Source: an uncultured Nitrospira sp.
GTDB lineage: Bacteria > Nitrospirota > Nitrospiria > Nitrospirales > Nitrospiraceae
Reading direction: 5' to 3'
Assembly: GCA_902500805.1 (NCBI GenBank)
Contig: CABVSA010000008.1
Location: 2,260-66,259, forward strand
DNA length: 64,000 nt
Below, piece after piece: positions 36,309-46,427 of this stretch. The translations under genes were made by a program, and so were the position numbers. How positions within the stretch are numbered: position 1 is the first letter of the stretch; every line of letters begins with the position of its first letter. The notes under the pieces were generated by a model. It searched no databases and had not been told where the DNA came from. It worked only from the letters and a program-made list of their open reading frames with translations.

Positions 36309-36823
36309 CTTGTGCTTCTTCCCTCCGTCTTCTTCCGGTTGCACATCATCCTTAGTCGTGAAGAAAGGTTCCATCTTGAGCATAAGTTGCTGATATTCAC
36401 GGATTTCTTGCCAACCGTCTACAAGGCGATACACTGCATAAAAACAGTAAGAATCGACCTCAATTAGAGGTCGAACCGCGCGGGTGTAGACAGTATCAGT
36501 GATGACCAGGAGTCCCATTAACTATTGAGTTGGCGAGAATGTGAAGGGGTGCGACAGCCCCTTTTCAATGACCCATTCTAAAGGTGAGAAAGGTTTCACC
36601 GATAAGTTCCTCATCAGCCAAGTGATTACTACGCGCAATCCACTGGGCCGTGGATCCTGAGTATGGCGGTCTCGCCTGTCTCTCGTGTCATGATGCGACC
36701 AAAGGGGAGCGGGATATCGCGAGTTCCAAGAAGGAAGGAATGGAAGAATCGAGACCTCGTGTTCGCACTAAGTGGGATCTGGCGTTGTCCTAGGTGATTC
36801 CTTCCGCAGAGAGGAACAGTCTC

Positions 36824-37186
36824 ATGAGTAAGATCGTGGTTGTTGATGATTCGCAGGCTGAGCTTCAACTCATTGAGTCGTACCTCAAGGCCGCACATCA
36901 TACCGTCGTGACGTTTCCGAACACGGAACAACTTGAAGAGAAAATCCTCACGGAAATGCCGGATCTGATCGTTATGGATGTCGTCATGCCTGGTCGAAAC
37001 GGGTTTCAGGCCTGTCGAGATCTGAAGAGTGATACGCGGTTTACTCGTATTCCGATCCTCCTGTGCACGTCCAAGGGGCAAGAGAGCGACAAATTCTGGG
37101 GCCAACAGCAAGGAGCGAATGGACATGTGGTCAAACCGTTCAAGCCAGAAGAGCTTCTTCTGGCCGTGAAGCGTGCACTGAGTTAA
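36824..37186 (+). CDS. Single-domain response regulator (CheY/PilH-like receiver)
   Basis: VVVDDS, the phospho-acceptor context LIVMDVVMPG, and VVKPF. The ATG at 36824 follows gagagga. Confidence 0.9.
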   Translation: MSKIVVVDDSQAELQLIESYLKAAHHTVVTFPNTEQLEEKILTEMPDLIVMDVVMPGRNGFQACRDLKSDTRFTRIPILLCTSKGQESDKFWGQQQGANGHVVKPFKPEELLLAVKRALS

Positions 37187-37215
37187 TGTACTGATAGTGC
37201 CAAGGGCGGAAAGAG

Positions 37216-37737
37216 ATGCAATTACCATGTGAGCTGCCTCGGCTTATCTCCGACGGTGAGTCAGAGGAGAAAACACCGACAGGTTCGTGGAAAGCCTGTT
37301 TGGTTACTTTAGGGGGAGAACTGTTTGCGATCGATCTGCGTCATGTGCGGGAGGTCTTCGAGTTAGATACGATCACACCGGTTCCCGGTATGCCGGCGTC
37401 ATTGGTTGGCGTCGCCAATGTTCGAGGGACGATTGTACCTCTCGCAGATTTGCGACGGTCTTTGGGAGTCTCGCCATCGACAACTCCACGATATGCAGTC
37501 GTGGTACGACATGATGCTCATCTAATCGGCCTGCTGATTGACGATGTCCCAGAAATTCGATGGATGTTGCCCGAGGACAGGCTCGATCCTTCAGGTGCTA
37601 ACCAGACCGGCGAGCGAGCTCTGTTATCTGGGCTCATCCGGGTGGAGAACCGCGTGAGTGGAATGTTGGAGATCCCAGCATTGGTTGCGTCGGTGGAAGC
37701 AGCAACCCTGGAAGTGAGCCAGTCCGTGAAAGCGTGA
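37216..37737 (+). CDS. cheW: CheW-like coupling protein
   Basis: LVTLGGELFAIDLRHVREVFE...PGMPASLVGVANVRGTIVPLADLRRSLG has the CheW domain pattern. Confidence 0.85.
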   Translation: MQLPCELPRLISDGESEEKTPTGSWKACLVTLGGELFAIDLRHVREVFELDTITPVPGMPASLVGVANVRGTIVPLADLRRSLGVSPSTTPRYAVVVRHDAHLIGLLIDDVPEIRWMLPEDRLDPSGANQTGERALLSGLIRVENRVSGMLEIPALVASVEAATLEVSQSVKA

Positions 37738-37797
37738 GCAGTTCTTCTGAATCAAGTTGCCTGAGCAGGAGTGAGCGCGTGGAGGAGGATGTAGGGT

Positions 37798-39687
37798 ATG
37801 GCCAGGAATAGCAAATCGACGGTTCGACCGTCGCCGTCATGGTTTCAGAACCTCAAGACTCTACCGAAGTTGATCCTCGGGTTTTCGGCTGTCAGTCTCA
37901 TCATGATTTCTGTTGGTCTCGTTGGCCTGATGGGACTTCATACGGTCAAGGGAGAGTTACAGTCGATCTACAACGGATCGACCTTAGCGCTATCAAATGT
38001 TGGAATCGCCAGTACGAACCTCGGTCTCTATCATAGCGCGCTCCTCAATGTAGGACGGCAGGTTGGGAAGAATGAGTTCGATCAAGCGCTCGCTGCGCTG
38101 GCCGAGCTCAAGAAACAGACATTGATTCCCCTGAATGCGTATCAGACATCTCAGTTGCATGAATCAACGAATGGTCGGAGTGAAAGCAAAGATCTCGCCA
38201 GTCTTCACCAAGCATTGCGCGAATATTTCGCCGCAACAGAGGGCTCGGTGGGTGCATTTGCAGAGAGCTTCAGATCATCTCTTCCAGAAGAACAGAAGCA
38301 GAGTATGCGCGAAGTTGGACAATTGGCATTGTCCGTTGATGTTGCGAATAAGTACAACGCGGCGACTCTACGGGTTCGAGAGCTCATGACGACGATTCTC
38401 GACGTAGCAAGAGAAATGAATGACAACGGGCAAGCGGAAGCTTCTCATCGGACGAACGTCGTTCTGGCCGGTTCGTTATTGGCGCTTGTGTTGGCCGGCA
38501 TAATCGGATTCTACCTCGCTGGCTCAATCGCGCGGAACATCACGCATGTTGCCGATGTCGCCCAACAAGCTGCAGCAGGGAATCTTCAAGCTCGAGCCAG
38601 ACTTGAGACCAACGACGAGATCGGGCATCTGGCTAAGGCGTTCAACATTATGCTTGATCGGCTCACGAGCTTGGTTTCTACCGAAGAAGAACGGGATACC
38701 ATGCAGAAACGTTTGGTGCAGTTTCTGGTCCTCGTGTCCGATGTAGGCAAGGGAGACTTGACCAAACGGGGTGAAGTTACGGCTGATATGTTCGGAAATC
38801 TGGCGGACGGTTTTAACCTCATGATCCAACGATTCGCGCAATTGATGAAGCAAGTCAGAGAATCGGCCGAGCGCGTGAATCGATCAGCCGGGGCGTTGCG
38901 AGAGAATTCCGGCCAGATGGCCGGTACCGCCAAGCACCAAGCTGATGAATCGATGAAGACGCTCAGTGCGGTGGAACAACTTGCGGCCTCCATGAGGCAA
39001 GTTGCAGAAACGGCTGGGGCCTCATCCGACTCAGCACGCCAGGTGCTAAAGGCGACAGAGGATGGCCGAGTTGCGGTGCAGGAAACCGTGCAGGACATGC
39101 AGCGTATTCGATCAGCGGTTCAACGGATGTCGAAACAGGTGAAGGCTCTCGGTGATCGCTCGCTGGAAATTTCCCAGATCGTCTCCACGATTCGTGAAAT
39201 CGCCAATCAGACCAACTTACTTGCTTTGAATGCTGCGATCGAAGCCGCAGGGGCAGGCGAGGCCGGTGCTCGATTTGGTGTCGTGGCCGACCAGGTTCGA
39301 AAGCTTGCCGAAAGCTCAACGAACGCAACCCGTGAAATTGCGGATCTCGTGAAGGTGATTCAGAGCGAGACGCAGCACGCCGTCGTGGCAATGGAACATG
39401 AAACGCAGGCGGTAGAGGCAGGATCGGCCTCAGCCCTACGGACCGGTGATGTATTCAAAGAGATTTCAACGATCGCACAACGGTCCGCAGAGCTTGCCCA
39501 AAGCATTGCGGCGGCCGCAACAACCCAGACGGTATCCACGGACCAAGTTGGTCGATCGATCAAAGATTTTACGGGAGGTGCCATTGCGACGCAAAAAGCA
39601 ACCGACTCGGCGCGAGCCACAGTAGAAGATATGGTGAAGTTGGCCGAAGGGCTCACGGCTTCGGTGTCACAATTTAAATTGACCTAA
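37798..39687 (+). CDS. Methyl-accepting chemotaxis protein (four-helix-bundle sensor, HAMP, MA domain)
   Basis: Two TM segments flank a ~170-aa helical periplasmic region. A HAMP domain ([17 protein letters not shown]) is present. The signalling hairpin tip [39 protein letters not shown] is highly conserved. Confidence 0.93.
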   Translation: MARNSKSTVRPSPSWFQNLKTLPKLILGFSAVSLIMISVGLVGLMGLHTVKGELQSIYNGSTLALSNVGIASTNLGLYHSALLNVGRQVGKNEFDQALAALAELKKQTLIPLNAYQTSQLHESTNGRSESKDLASLHQALREYFAATEGSVGAFAESFRSSLPEEQKQSMREVGQLALSVDVANKYNAATLRVRELMTTILDVAREMNDNGQAEASHRTNVVLAGSLLALVLAGIIGFYLAGSIARNITHVADVAQQAAAGNLQARARLETNDEIGHLAKAFNIMLDRLTSLVSTEEERDTMQKRLVQFLVLVSDVGKGDLTKRGEVTADMFGNLADGFNLMIQRFAQLMKQVRESAERVNRSAGALRENSGQMAGTAKHQADESMKTLSAVEQLAASMRQVAETAGASSDSARQVLKATEDGRVAVQETVQDMQRIRSAVQRMSKQVKALGDRSLEISQIVSTIREIANQTNLLALNAAIEAAGAGEAGARFGVVADQVRKLAESSTNATREIADLVKVIQSETQHAVVAMEHETQAVEAGSASALRTGDVFKEISTIAQRSAELAQSIAAAATTQTVSTDQVGRSIKDFTGGAIATQKATDSARATVEDMVKLAEGLTASVSQFKLT

Positions 39688-39735
39688 TGGACCAGGAGCG
39701 AGTACGCACCTCCTCGTCAGTATAGATGCACACCA

Positions 39736-42700
39736 ATGGGAGCGGAGTCTAATCAACCTGACTTGATTCGAGTCTTCGTTTCCGAAGCATCGGATGGAAC
39801 CAGGGTATTAGGAGAAGCGTTACATACCGACAGCAAGCAGATCCCGCCTCCGCACGAAGTCTACGAACATTACATTGTCGCCCATCGCCTTCGAGGAGCC
39901 GCCGCCCTCTACGGCTACGGGGGAGTTTCTCGATTATCTGCTGAGCTTGAAGTCATTCTTGAGCGTGCGAACGACATTGCGCCAGCGGACTGGCCCACGG
40001 TTGTGAGTGTGATGCGGGAGGTCGTCGCTGGGTTGGTGGACTTGATCCAGCAGATTGGGCGCGATGGTCGTGAAGATCCGGATGTCGTGACACGCTGTCT
40101 TGAATCGCTCGAGCGGCTTCAGGTTCTCCCGCCGGCAGTATCAGTCAGTTTGGACTATGTTCATCCTATTATCGACGTTGAGATCCTGTCTTATTTTATC
40201 CCAGAAGCGGAGGAGTATCTCCAGACGATCGTTGAGTTGGTCAGAATGCTTCGTACAACGCGTGACAACGACGATGCCATTTATCGGCTCTTTCGTGCCA
40301 CTCATACCCTGAAAGGATCGGCCTACACCGTTGGGTTCCAGGTCATTGGAGATATTGCCCGCCCGATGGAAGACGGCATGATTGCGGTAAAGGAAAAACG
40401 TCTCGTATTGAGTGATTCTATGCTTGAGGTGTTTGAGAACGCAACTCGAACTGTTCAGTTTCTCTTGCGGCGTGATCCTCAAGCGGGCTACCAACTTCAA
40501 CGCACTGTTCCGGTTTTGATCCACCAACTCACGCAGCTATGTGAGGAGACGGTCTCGGCCAGTCTCTCGAGAGAGACGCCAACGGAAGCTGATGTCGTGG
40601 TACCTCGTCCTGAAATATCTGAGCCGGTCGTCAGTGTAGAGGTGCCTTCTGCAGACCTGTCTGATGCGTATCTATTTCCAGATCTCGATCCAGAAGCCCT
40701 TTCGTATTTCGTTCCTGAAGCCCAAGAATATCTTGAACTCTTGGAAGCGAATCTCCTCCGCTTGGATAAGGAGCCTCAGAATAGGGAGCTGATCAATCAG
40801 CTGTTCCGCACTGCCCATACCCTGAAAGGTTCCGCCTACACCGTTGGATTTCAATCAATCGGCGATCTTGTGCATCATGTGGAAGACTTTATGGGAGCCG
40901 TTCGCGATGGTCGACTGGTCGTACAGTCAGGCCACACGGACCTTATCCTTCGTTCCGTCGATGTGGTGCGGGTACTGATGCGAAGAGACCTCGGCGCAGT
41001 ATCGGGCACCAGGCAACGGTTTGACGCGACCCGGTCCGACCTCAAACGATTAGACCAACAAACCTCTGGTGATGTGACGCCTGCAGCTCCATTCGCTGGG
41101 TCGTCACGAGACTCTGCGTCGTCCCCGATCTCGGCGATGGAGCCCGTCGAGAAGGAGAAGCCGACAGAGGCGAGGTCATTGGAAGATCGTGAAGTCATTC
41201 GTGTCAGTTATGGACGACTCGAACGACTCATGAATCTCGTGGGAGAATTAGTTATTGGGCGAGGTCGATTGGAACAACGGCTACGAGTCCTCGAACAACT
41301 GTCACAACAGGTTTTGGTGTTCAAGTCTCGGTTGGTCGATTCCGTTCAATCCTTTTCTGATAAGCATACCTTTACCTATCAAGAGACGCCTCATGCTGAG
41401 ACGTCGGTTGCGATGCAGGGACCGCTTGCATTCGGTGACTTTGGCAGCCTCGAACTTGATAAGTATGATGACTTCAATATCCTCGCTCGACGTATTAGTG
41501 AAGTGACGGCCGATATCAGCGAGTCATTAGCGCAGCTGGATGGCTCGATTCATCGAGCGCACGACGATATGAGCCAGTTGCAGCAACTGACTCTCTTAAT
41601 GCGAGACGAAATTGCCCATGCTCGCATGGTTCCAATCGGGACCCCATTTACACGATTTCGGCGTGCCATCCGAGAGATTGCGCGTGCCTCAAACAAAGAA
41701 GTGACCTTGGTGACGTCAGGGGAGCAGACGGAAGTTGATACAAGTGTTGTGGAGCGTTTGGTGGATCCTCTCGTCCATCTGGTACGTAATGCCGTTTATC
41801 ATGGGATCGAACCGCCAGCCGATCGACTTGCCAAAGGCAAGCCGCCAGTCGGTACCATCCACTTACATGCCGCGCATCGTGGAAATTCCATGATCATTGA
41901 GGTGGAGGACGATGGAGCAGGATTGGATTTAGCTAAAATACGGGCCAAGGTGGTCAAGATGGGACTGGCCGGTGCACAACAGATCGAAACCATCTCCGAT
42001 GCCGAGCTTCTACAATTGATTTTTCTTCCCGGATTTTCAACGGCTGACAAGGTCGGCGATCAGGCGGGACGTGGAGTAGGGCTGGATGTCGTGAAGCGGG
42101 TCATTGAAGGTATGAACGGCCATATTGCCGTGGAGTCCGAACCCGGTGTCGGAACGAAATTTACCTTGAGCCTTCCGGTCACACTGCTGATAGCCACGGC
42201 CCTGATTGTACGGGCCGGTGCTGAACGTTACGCCATCCCATTGCTCAATATTCAGGAAGTGACCATGCCGACTCCATCGTCATGGCGAGTGGAAGGTGAG
42301 CGTACCGCCTTGCAGGTCGGTGAACACATCATTGAGGTGCAGTCGTTACAGCATTTACTTCGGAGGGAGTGGTGCACTGTTAGTGGAGCGGTGCCGGTCG
42401 TCATTGTCCGTACGGCCGGGGGGCCGATTGGGTTAGCCGTCGATGAGCTATTGGGCAGACAAGAAGTCGTCATTAAATCATTGGGTCAATTGAAACCACT
42501 TGCCCATTCGTTCTTCGGGGGAGCGACGATCGATCCAGAAGGGCGAGTCATTTTAGTGATAGATCCAACACGGCTGGTTGGGCGAGACAGTAAGGAGTCA
42601 CGTGTACAGGCCGTAATTTCCAAGAGCCAGGTTCAGCCACAACAAGTGGTTCCCGATCTGGTGAGGACTGCTGAGCCGAAGGATGTTCGCCTGTTATTAG

Positions 42701-43065
42701 TCGACGATTCCCTGAGTATTCGAAAGTTTGTTGGGAAAATGTTGGAGTCGGCGGGGTATCAGGTTGATACGGCTGTTGATGGAGAAGATGGACTCCGTAA
42801 GGCATCGACCTTCCCATACAGCATGATTTTGACCGACCTCGAAATGCCGAAACTAAACGGATTTGAAGTGATTCAGGCCTTACGAAGACGCTCTGAAACT
42901 CGTGAAACGCCGGTAGTAGTGATGACGACGAGGGCTGGGGATAAACACCGACAGATGGCAATCAGTATTGGTGCAAATTCCTACATTGCCAAGCCCGTTG
43001 AAGAGCGAATGTTGCTTCAGGAAGTTGAGCGGTGGGTGGGACAAGCACGAACGCTTGGCAAGTAA
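39736..43065 (+). CDS. cheA: Hybrid CheA-type histidine kinase (three Hpt domains, HATPase, CheW-like domain, C-terminal receiver)
   Basis: The Hpt motifs are AHRLRGAAALYGY, ATHTLKGSAYTVGF and TAHTLKGSAYTVGF. The kinase boxes are HLVRNAVYHGIE, DDGAGLD, GRGVGLDVV and GVGTKF. A CheW-like region (ERYAIPLLNIQEV) and a REC domain (LLLVDDS...ILTDLEMPKLNG...AKPV) follow. Confidence 0.95.
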   Translation: MGAESNQPDLIRVFVSEASDGTRVLGEALHTDSKQIPPPHEVYEHYIVAHRLRGAAALYGYGGVSRLSAELEVILERANDIAPADWPTVVSVMREVVAGLVDLIQQIGRDGREDPDVVTRCLESLERLQVLPPAVSVSLDYVHPIIDVEILSYFIPEAEEYLQTIVELVRMLRTTRDNDDAIYRLFRATHTLKGSAYTVGFQVIGDIARPMEDGMIAVKEKRLVLSDSMLEVFENATRTVQFLLRRDPQAGYQLQRTVPVLIHQLTQLCEETVSASLSRETPTEADVVVPRPEISEPVVSVEVPSADLSDAYLFPDLDPEALSYFVPEAQEYLELLEANLLRLDKEPQNRELINQLFRTAHTLKGSAYTVGFQSIGDLVHHVEDFMGAVRDGRLVVQSGHTDLILRSVDVVRVLMRRDLGAVSGTRQRFDATRSDLKRLDQQTSGDVTPAAPFAGSSRDSASSPISAMEPVEKEKPTEARSLEDREVIRVSYGRLERLMNLVGELVIGRGRLEQRLRVLEQLSQQVLVFKSRLVDSVQSFSDKHTFTYQETPHAETSVAMQGPLAFGDFGSLELDKYDDFNILARRISEVTADISESLAQLDGSIHRAHDDMSQLQQLTLLMRDEIAHARMVPIGTPFTRFRRAIREIARASNKEVTLVTSGEQTEVDTSVVERLVDPLVHLVRNAVYHGIEPPADRLAKGKPPVGTIHLHAAHRGNSMIIEVEDDGAGLDLAKIRAKVVKMGLAGAQQIETISDAELLQLIFLPGFSTADKVGDQAGRGVGLDVVKRVIEGMNGHIAVESEPGVGTKFTLSLPVTLLIATALIVRAGAERYAIPLLNIQEVTMPTPSSWRVEGERTALQVGEHIIEVQSLQHLLRREWCTVSGAVPVVIVRTAGGPIGLAVDELLGRQEVVIKSLGQLKPLAHSFFGGATIDPEGRVILVIDPTRLVGRDSKESRVQAVISKSQVQPQQVVPDLVRTAEPKDVRLLLVDDSLSIRKFVGKMLESAGYQVDTAVDGEDGLRKASTFPYSMILTDLEMPKLNGFEVIQALRRRSETRETPVVVMTTRAGDKHRQMAISIGANSYIAKPVEERMLLQEVERWVGQARTLGK

Positions 43066-43135
43066 CCGTGCGGAAAGCTTTGGATTGATTGACGAAATAC
43101 GAGTTATTGCAGAGAATGGGCTCGAAGGCGTTGTT

Positions 43136-43672
43136 ATGAGTGTTTCAGGGAAGAGAGAGGAGTGTGTGGGCCCCACTTCCACTTCTCCGCCGCGTTTTGT
43201 CATTACAACGATCGGCGGAAGATATTTGGCATTCGAGGCGGAATACATCCAGGGGGTGCTAACCAGCGAGGACGGGGAATTTCTTCCTGCTCCAGTTGTG
43301 AAAGGCATGACCTATCGGGTGGTCGACCTTGCCGTGCGGCTTAACCTGGCAAGCGAAAGGCGATGGGATGGGACAGAAGTAGTGCTTCTTGCAGATGGGA
43401 CATGCCGAGGTTGTGTGTGGGTTCAGAAGGTCCATGGCATTCTTGAGGCTCATCGGTCTCAAGTCTTACCTCTTCCTGCCCAGTTCTGTGGACCGGAACG
43501 AGGATGGTATCGCGGCATGGTCCTCTTTGACCACAACGTGGCACTCGTCATGAACACTGCATGGGTACTGGAAGAACAGCTCGAGGGAATGCTGTCAAGG
43601 ACTGAGTTACAAGGAACGGAATCTGCCGTGGCTTTGCAAGGAGCGATGGAGAGCAAGAACCAAGCATGCTGA
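43136..43672 (+). CDS. Divergent CheW-like protein 2
   Basis: RFVITTIGGRYLAFEAEYIQGVL...VVDLAVRLNL has the CheW-domain pattern. The ATG at 43136 lies after the cheA stop; the ORF-track start at 42968 would overlap cheA. Confidence 0.7.
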   Translation: MSVSGKREECVGPTSTSPPRFVITTIGGRYLAFEAEYIQGVLTSEDGEFLPAPVVKGMTYRVVDLAVRLNLASERRWDGTEVVLLADGTCRGCVWVQKVHGILEAHRSQVLPLPAQFCGPERGWYRGMVLFDHNVALVMNTAWVLEEQLEGMLSRTELQGTESAVALQGAMESKNQAC

Positions 43673-44115
43673 GAACGAATGGCCATGCTCAGCATCATGC
43701 AGCGCCTCAATCTTGGCATCTTCTGGTATTTTCTGTAGGAGGAAGACGGCTAGCGGTGAGAACTTTGGAAGTGAGTGGGATCTCTCAATGGCGAGAGGTG
43801 ATCCCCGTATCCGGACGAACGCCTTTTGTCTCAGCAGTTGTTCGACTCAACAAGACCGTCCTCCCCGTCTTTGACCTGGCTGCAGCGCTTCGCCGCACGA
43901 TGGGGGGAAACAGTCGCCTGTGCCTAAGGGTGAAACATCCATTAGGCGATACGGTGATCTGTATCGATGAGGAGATTCCGGTTCTGCAGACTCTTGGCCT
44001 CTCAATGATTCAGCCCTATCGAGACCGTGATATGCCAGCCGAAGGAAGCTACGCGCATGGCCAGGAAGAAGTTCCGATTCTTGCGGTGTCTAAATTGGGG
44101 ATGGGTTTGTGGTGA
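43666..44115 (+). CDS. Divergent CheW-like protein 3
   Basis: LLVFSVGGRRLAVRTLEVSGI...VVRLNKTVLPVFDLAAAL has the CheW-domain pattern. It overlaps the preceding gene by 7 nt. Confidence 0.7.
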   Translation: MLRTNGHAQHHAAPQSWHLLVFSVGGRRLAVRTLEVSGISQWREVIPVSGRTPFVSAVVRLNKTVLPVFDLAAALRRTMGGNSRLCLRVKHPLGDTVICIDEEIPVLQTLGLSMIQPYRDRDMPAEGSYAHGQEEVPILAVSKLGMGLW

Positions 44116-44151
44116 TACCCGTTGGTCGCGGGATGAAGGAAAGGTGCGAGT

Positions 44152-45339
44152 ATGCCGAAGATCCTAATTGCGGATGACAGCATTGCAGTGCGAAAAGTGG
44201 CGGAGCGACTCCTCACGGAGGCTGGTTTTCATGTCGCGCTTGCCGCCAATGGAGAAGAGGCCCTCGCCTATCTTGCGAAAGAACAACCCGATGTGGTTGT
44301 GTCGGATGTCATTATGCCGGACAAAAGCGGGTACGAAGTCTGTGCGTTTGTCCGCGGACAGGCCGCGCTTTCGACGACGCCTGTCCTTCTGATCTCCGGT
44401 ATTGTGAATGATGAAGTGACCAAGCAGGCAGAGTCTTGTCGAGCCGATGGGGTCTTGAAGAAGCCGTTCCAAGGTACGTCTCTCAAAGATCGAGTCTTCG
44501 AGCTTCTGGCGAAAAAACAGGAGTCATCTCCCGTCGCCCTGAGTTCACCGACTTCCGTTCCTGGTACAGCGGCAGAGAGCAGTCTCCCTGCATCGGGACA
44601 GCCGTCGAGGAGTGAACCTCAGGAGGCGAATCACCTGAGAGAGCTGGAACGCCAACTGCAGGTTGAGCGTACTCGTTCGGAGGAGCTCACCGATCGGGTA
44701 GCCGCGCTGACGGCACAACTTGTTCGAGCCAAAGACATCGAATCGCAACTGACGATGGAACGTCAGCGAGTGAGCGATGTGCAGCAAACGGTGACGATGC
44801 TTGAGCGGCAGGCCGCAAGAATCCCTGAGCTGGAAGCAGCGTTCAAGTCAGAACAAGATGTCGTCAATTCTCTCAAGCAGGCCTTGTTGAATTCACAGGC
44901 GACTTCGAGTCGGGTGGCAGAATTGGAATCATCTTTGGAAGCTGAACGGGCTGCTGCCGAACAACTCGTCCAGCAGCTTGCTGATTTAGAAGCGATCTCC
45001 GCAAAGGTGAAAGATACAGAAGCGCGGCTGGCGACGGGTCAGCAGGAGATCGTGGATCTTCAGCATGCACGTGCGTCGCTCGAAGCCGAGCTCTCGATCC
45101 AAGGGAAGAAAGAGACTGAAACAGCCGAGCGAATTCAGGAATTGGAAAGAGCCGCTGCTAGAATCCCAGAGCTGGAGGGACTTCTTGTCTCGGAACGTGA
45201 ACGCAATGGAGTGCTTGCGCAGCGGGTGCTGGAAGCGGAGCAGTCCGCTGAGAGTGCGACCAAGCGTTTTGAAGAGCTCGTGAGAAAATTGGGCGAGATT
45301 GCTGGGTTGGCATCTCAACTGGGAAGCGGAAAGGGATAG
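44152..45339 (+). CDS. Response-regulator receiver fused to a long coiled-coil (FrzS-like architecture)
   Basis: The REC domain reads ILIADDS, VVVSDVIMPD and LKKPF. About 270 aa of heptad-rich E/L/A/Q sequence follow, with the repeated unit LER(Q/A)AARIPELE. Confidence 0.85.
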   Translation: MPKILIADDSIAVRKVAERLLTEAGFHVALAANGEEALAYLAKEQPDVVVSDVIMPDKSGYEVCAFVRGQAALSTTPVLLISGIVNDEVTKQAESCRADGVLKKPFQGTSLKDRVFELLAKKQESSPVALSSPTSVPGTAAESSLPASGQPSRSEPQEANHLRELERQLQVERTRSEELTDRVAALTAQLVRAKDIESQLTMERQRVSDVQQTVTMLERQAARIPELEAAFKSEQDVVNSLKQALLNSQATSSRVAELESSLEAERAAAEQLVQQLADLEAISAKVKDTEARLATGQQEIVDLQHARASLEAELSIQGKKETETAERIQELERAAARIPELEGLLVSERERNGVLAQRVLEAEQSAESATKRFEELVRKLGEIAGLASQLGSGKG

Positions 45340-45399
45340 TCGTAGGCTGGGTCTCTGGAGCCCGCTTGTGATCGAGATCGTGCTGAAGGACCGACGCGC

Positions 45400-46338
45400 A
45401 TGCCTGTTGAAACGGAAGACGGGTTTCAGAAGGAACTAGTTGAGCTCTTCGTGCAAGAGGCCCACGAATGGCTTCAGCAGATTCATGTGGCACTTGATGA
45501 ACTTCAACAGGCACCGGAATCTGACAGGCATCGGTCGTTGGCTCAGACGATTAAGGTCGGCATCACCAATCTTGGTGGATCGGCCGCAACCGTCAATCTT
45601 ACAGATGTCGAACGAGCGAGCTTCTCCGCACTTCCATTTGTCGAAGCGCTGCAGGATCCTTCCGCTCGAATTGCGTCCGACGACTTCCTTGCCTTGTGTA
45701 AGCAGTTGGGGCATATCCATGGTGCCCTGACTCGGGCCACCGGAGTGACATTCGAGGCGGCGCCTTCGCAGGTTCCTGAGACCGATATTCCTGCGACCAT
45801 CCCGACCGAGAAACTTCTAACTCTACTCCATGGGCTTCAGATGAAATCCAGCTCATCAGGCACAATTCCGCGGAATCTTATCCGGACCATTACGGCTCAA
45901 ACCGAATCGCTCATCCAGCGTGGTACCGGAGAGTACCAGATCGCTTCAATTCAAGAATTTCTTGATCGCTCGGCCGAAGGGGACCAAGGGTTCCTCGCAC
46001 TTATTCAACAGCACGAGGGCCATCTGACAGATATTCTAGAGGCACTCACCGCAGACGGCATCTCGACTAAGGGAGCTTCACCTGACCTCCTCATGGGCGT
46101 GGAGCGCGTTGCTCAGCTATGGTCGGCTGCGCAACAGGTGAATGCATCACAGGCCATGACATTCTTCATGGGGCTGCATAGTTTTCTCACCATTGTGTCA
46201 CAACAACGCGTTGCCATCTCAGCACAGAGCATGGAGGCTGTTCAGTCGCGTTTGGTCCAGTGTGTACAAGCCATTGAGGAATGGGTGGAAAGTGGGAGGG
46301 CTGAACGGCTCGCTATCCAAGGTGTGTTATTTTCCTGA
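45400..46338 (+). CDS. Hpt-like protein with a degenerate phospho-acceptor site, plus ~200 aa of unknown function
   Basis: The N-terminus FQKELVELFVQEAHEWLQQI...IKVGITNLGGSAATV follows the Hpt pattern (E..F..Ea.e.L...HxLKGSAa), but Thr occupies the His position. Confidence 0.5.
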   Translation: MPVETEDGFQKELVELFVQEAHEWLQQIHVALDELQQAPESDRHRSLAQTIKVGITNLGGSAATVNLTDVERASFSALPFVEALQDPSARIASDDFLALCKQLGHIHGALTRATGVTFEAAPSQVPETDIPATIPTEKLLTLLHGLQMKSSSSGTIPRNLIRTITAQTESLIQRGTGEYQIASIQEFLDRSAEGDQGFLALIQQHEGHLTDILEALTADGISTKGASPDLLMGVERVAQLWSAAQQVNASQAMTFFMGLHSFLTIVSQQRVAISAQSMEAVQSRLVQCVQAIEEWVESGRAERLAIQGVLFS

Positions 46339-46427
46339 ACAGAGATCTCCGTGATCGCTTTCGCTAATTACCGTCAGTGAGTTATCCGCAGTGTATGCTC
46401 TTCTGATGGCAACGGCAGTGCAGGGGT

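Noticed and set aside
36279-36518. 79-aa minus-strand ORF at the 3' end of cobQ
   Set aside because: No SD precedes its ATG, it overlaps cobQ by 30 nt, and no motif was recognised. A plus-strand hairpin with a T-tract at ~36546-36570 fits better as the cob operon terminator. It remains an unverified possibility only.
36629-37228. 199-aa minus-strand ORF overlapping the CheY-like receiver gene
   Set aside because: It is antisense shadow of a plus-strand gene with clear receiver motifs and an SD. It has no recognisable domains and its composition is typical of an out-of-frame reading.
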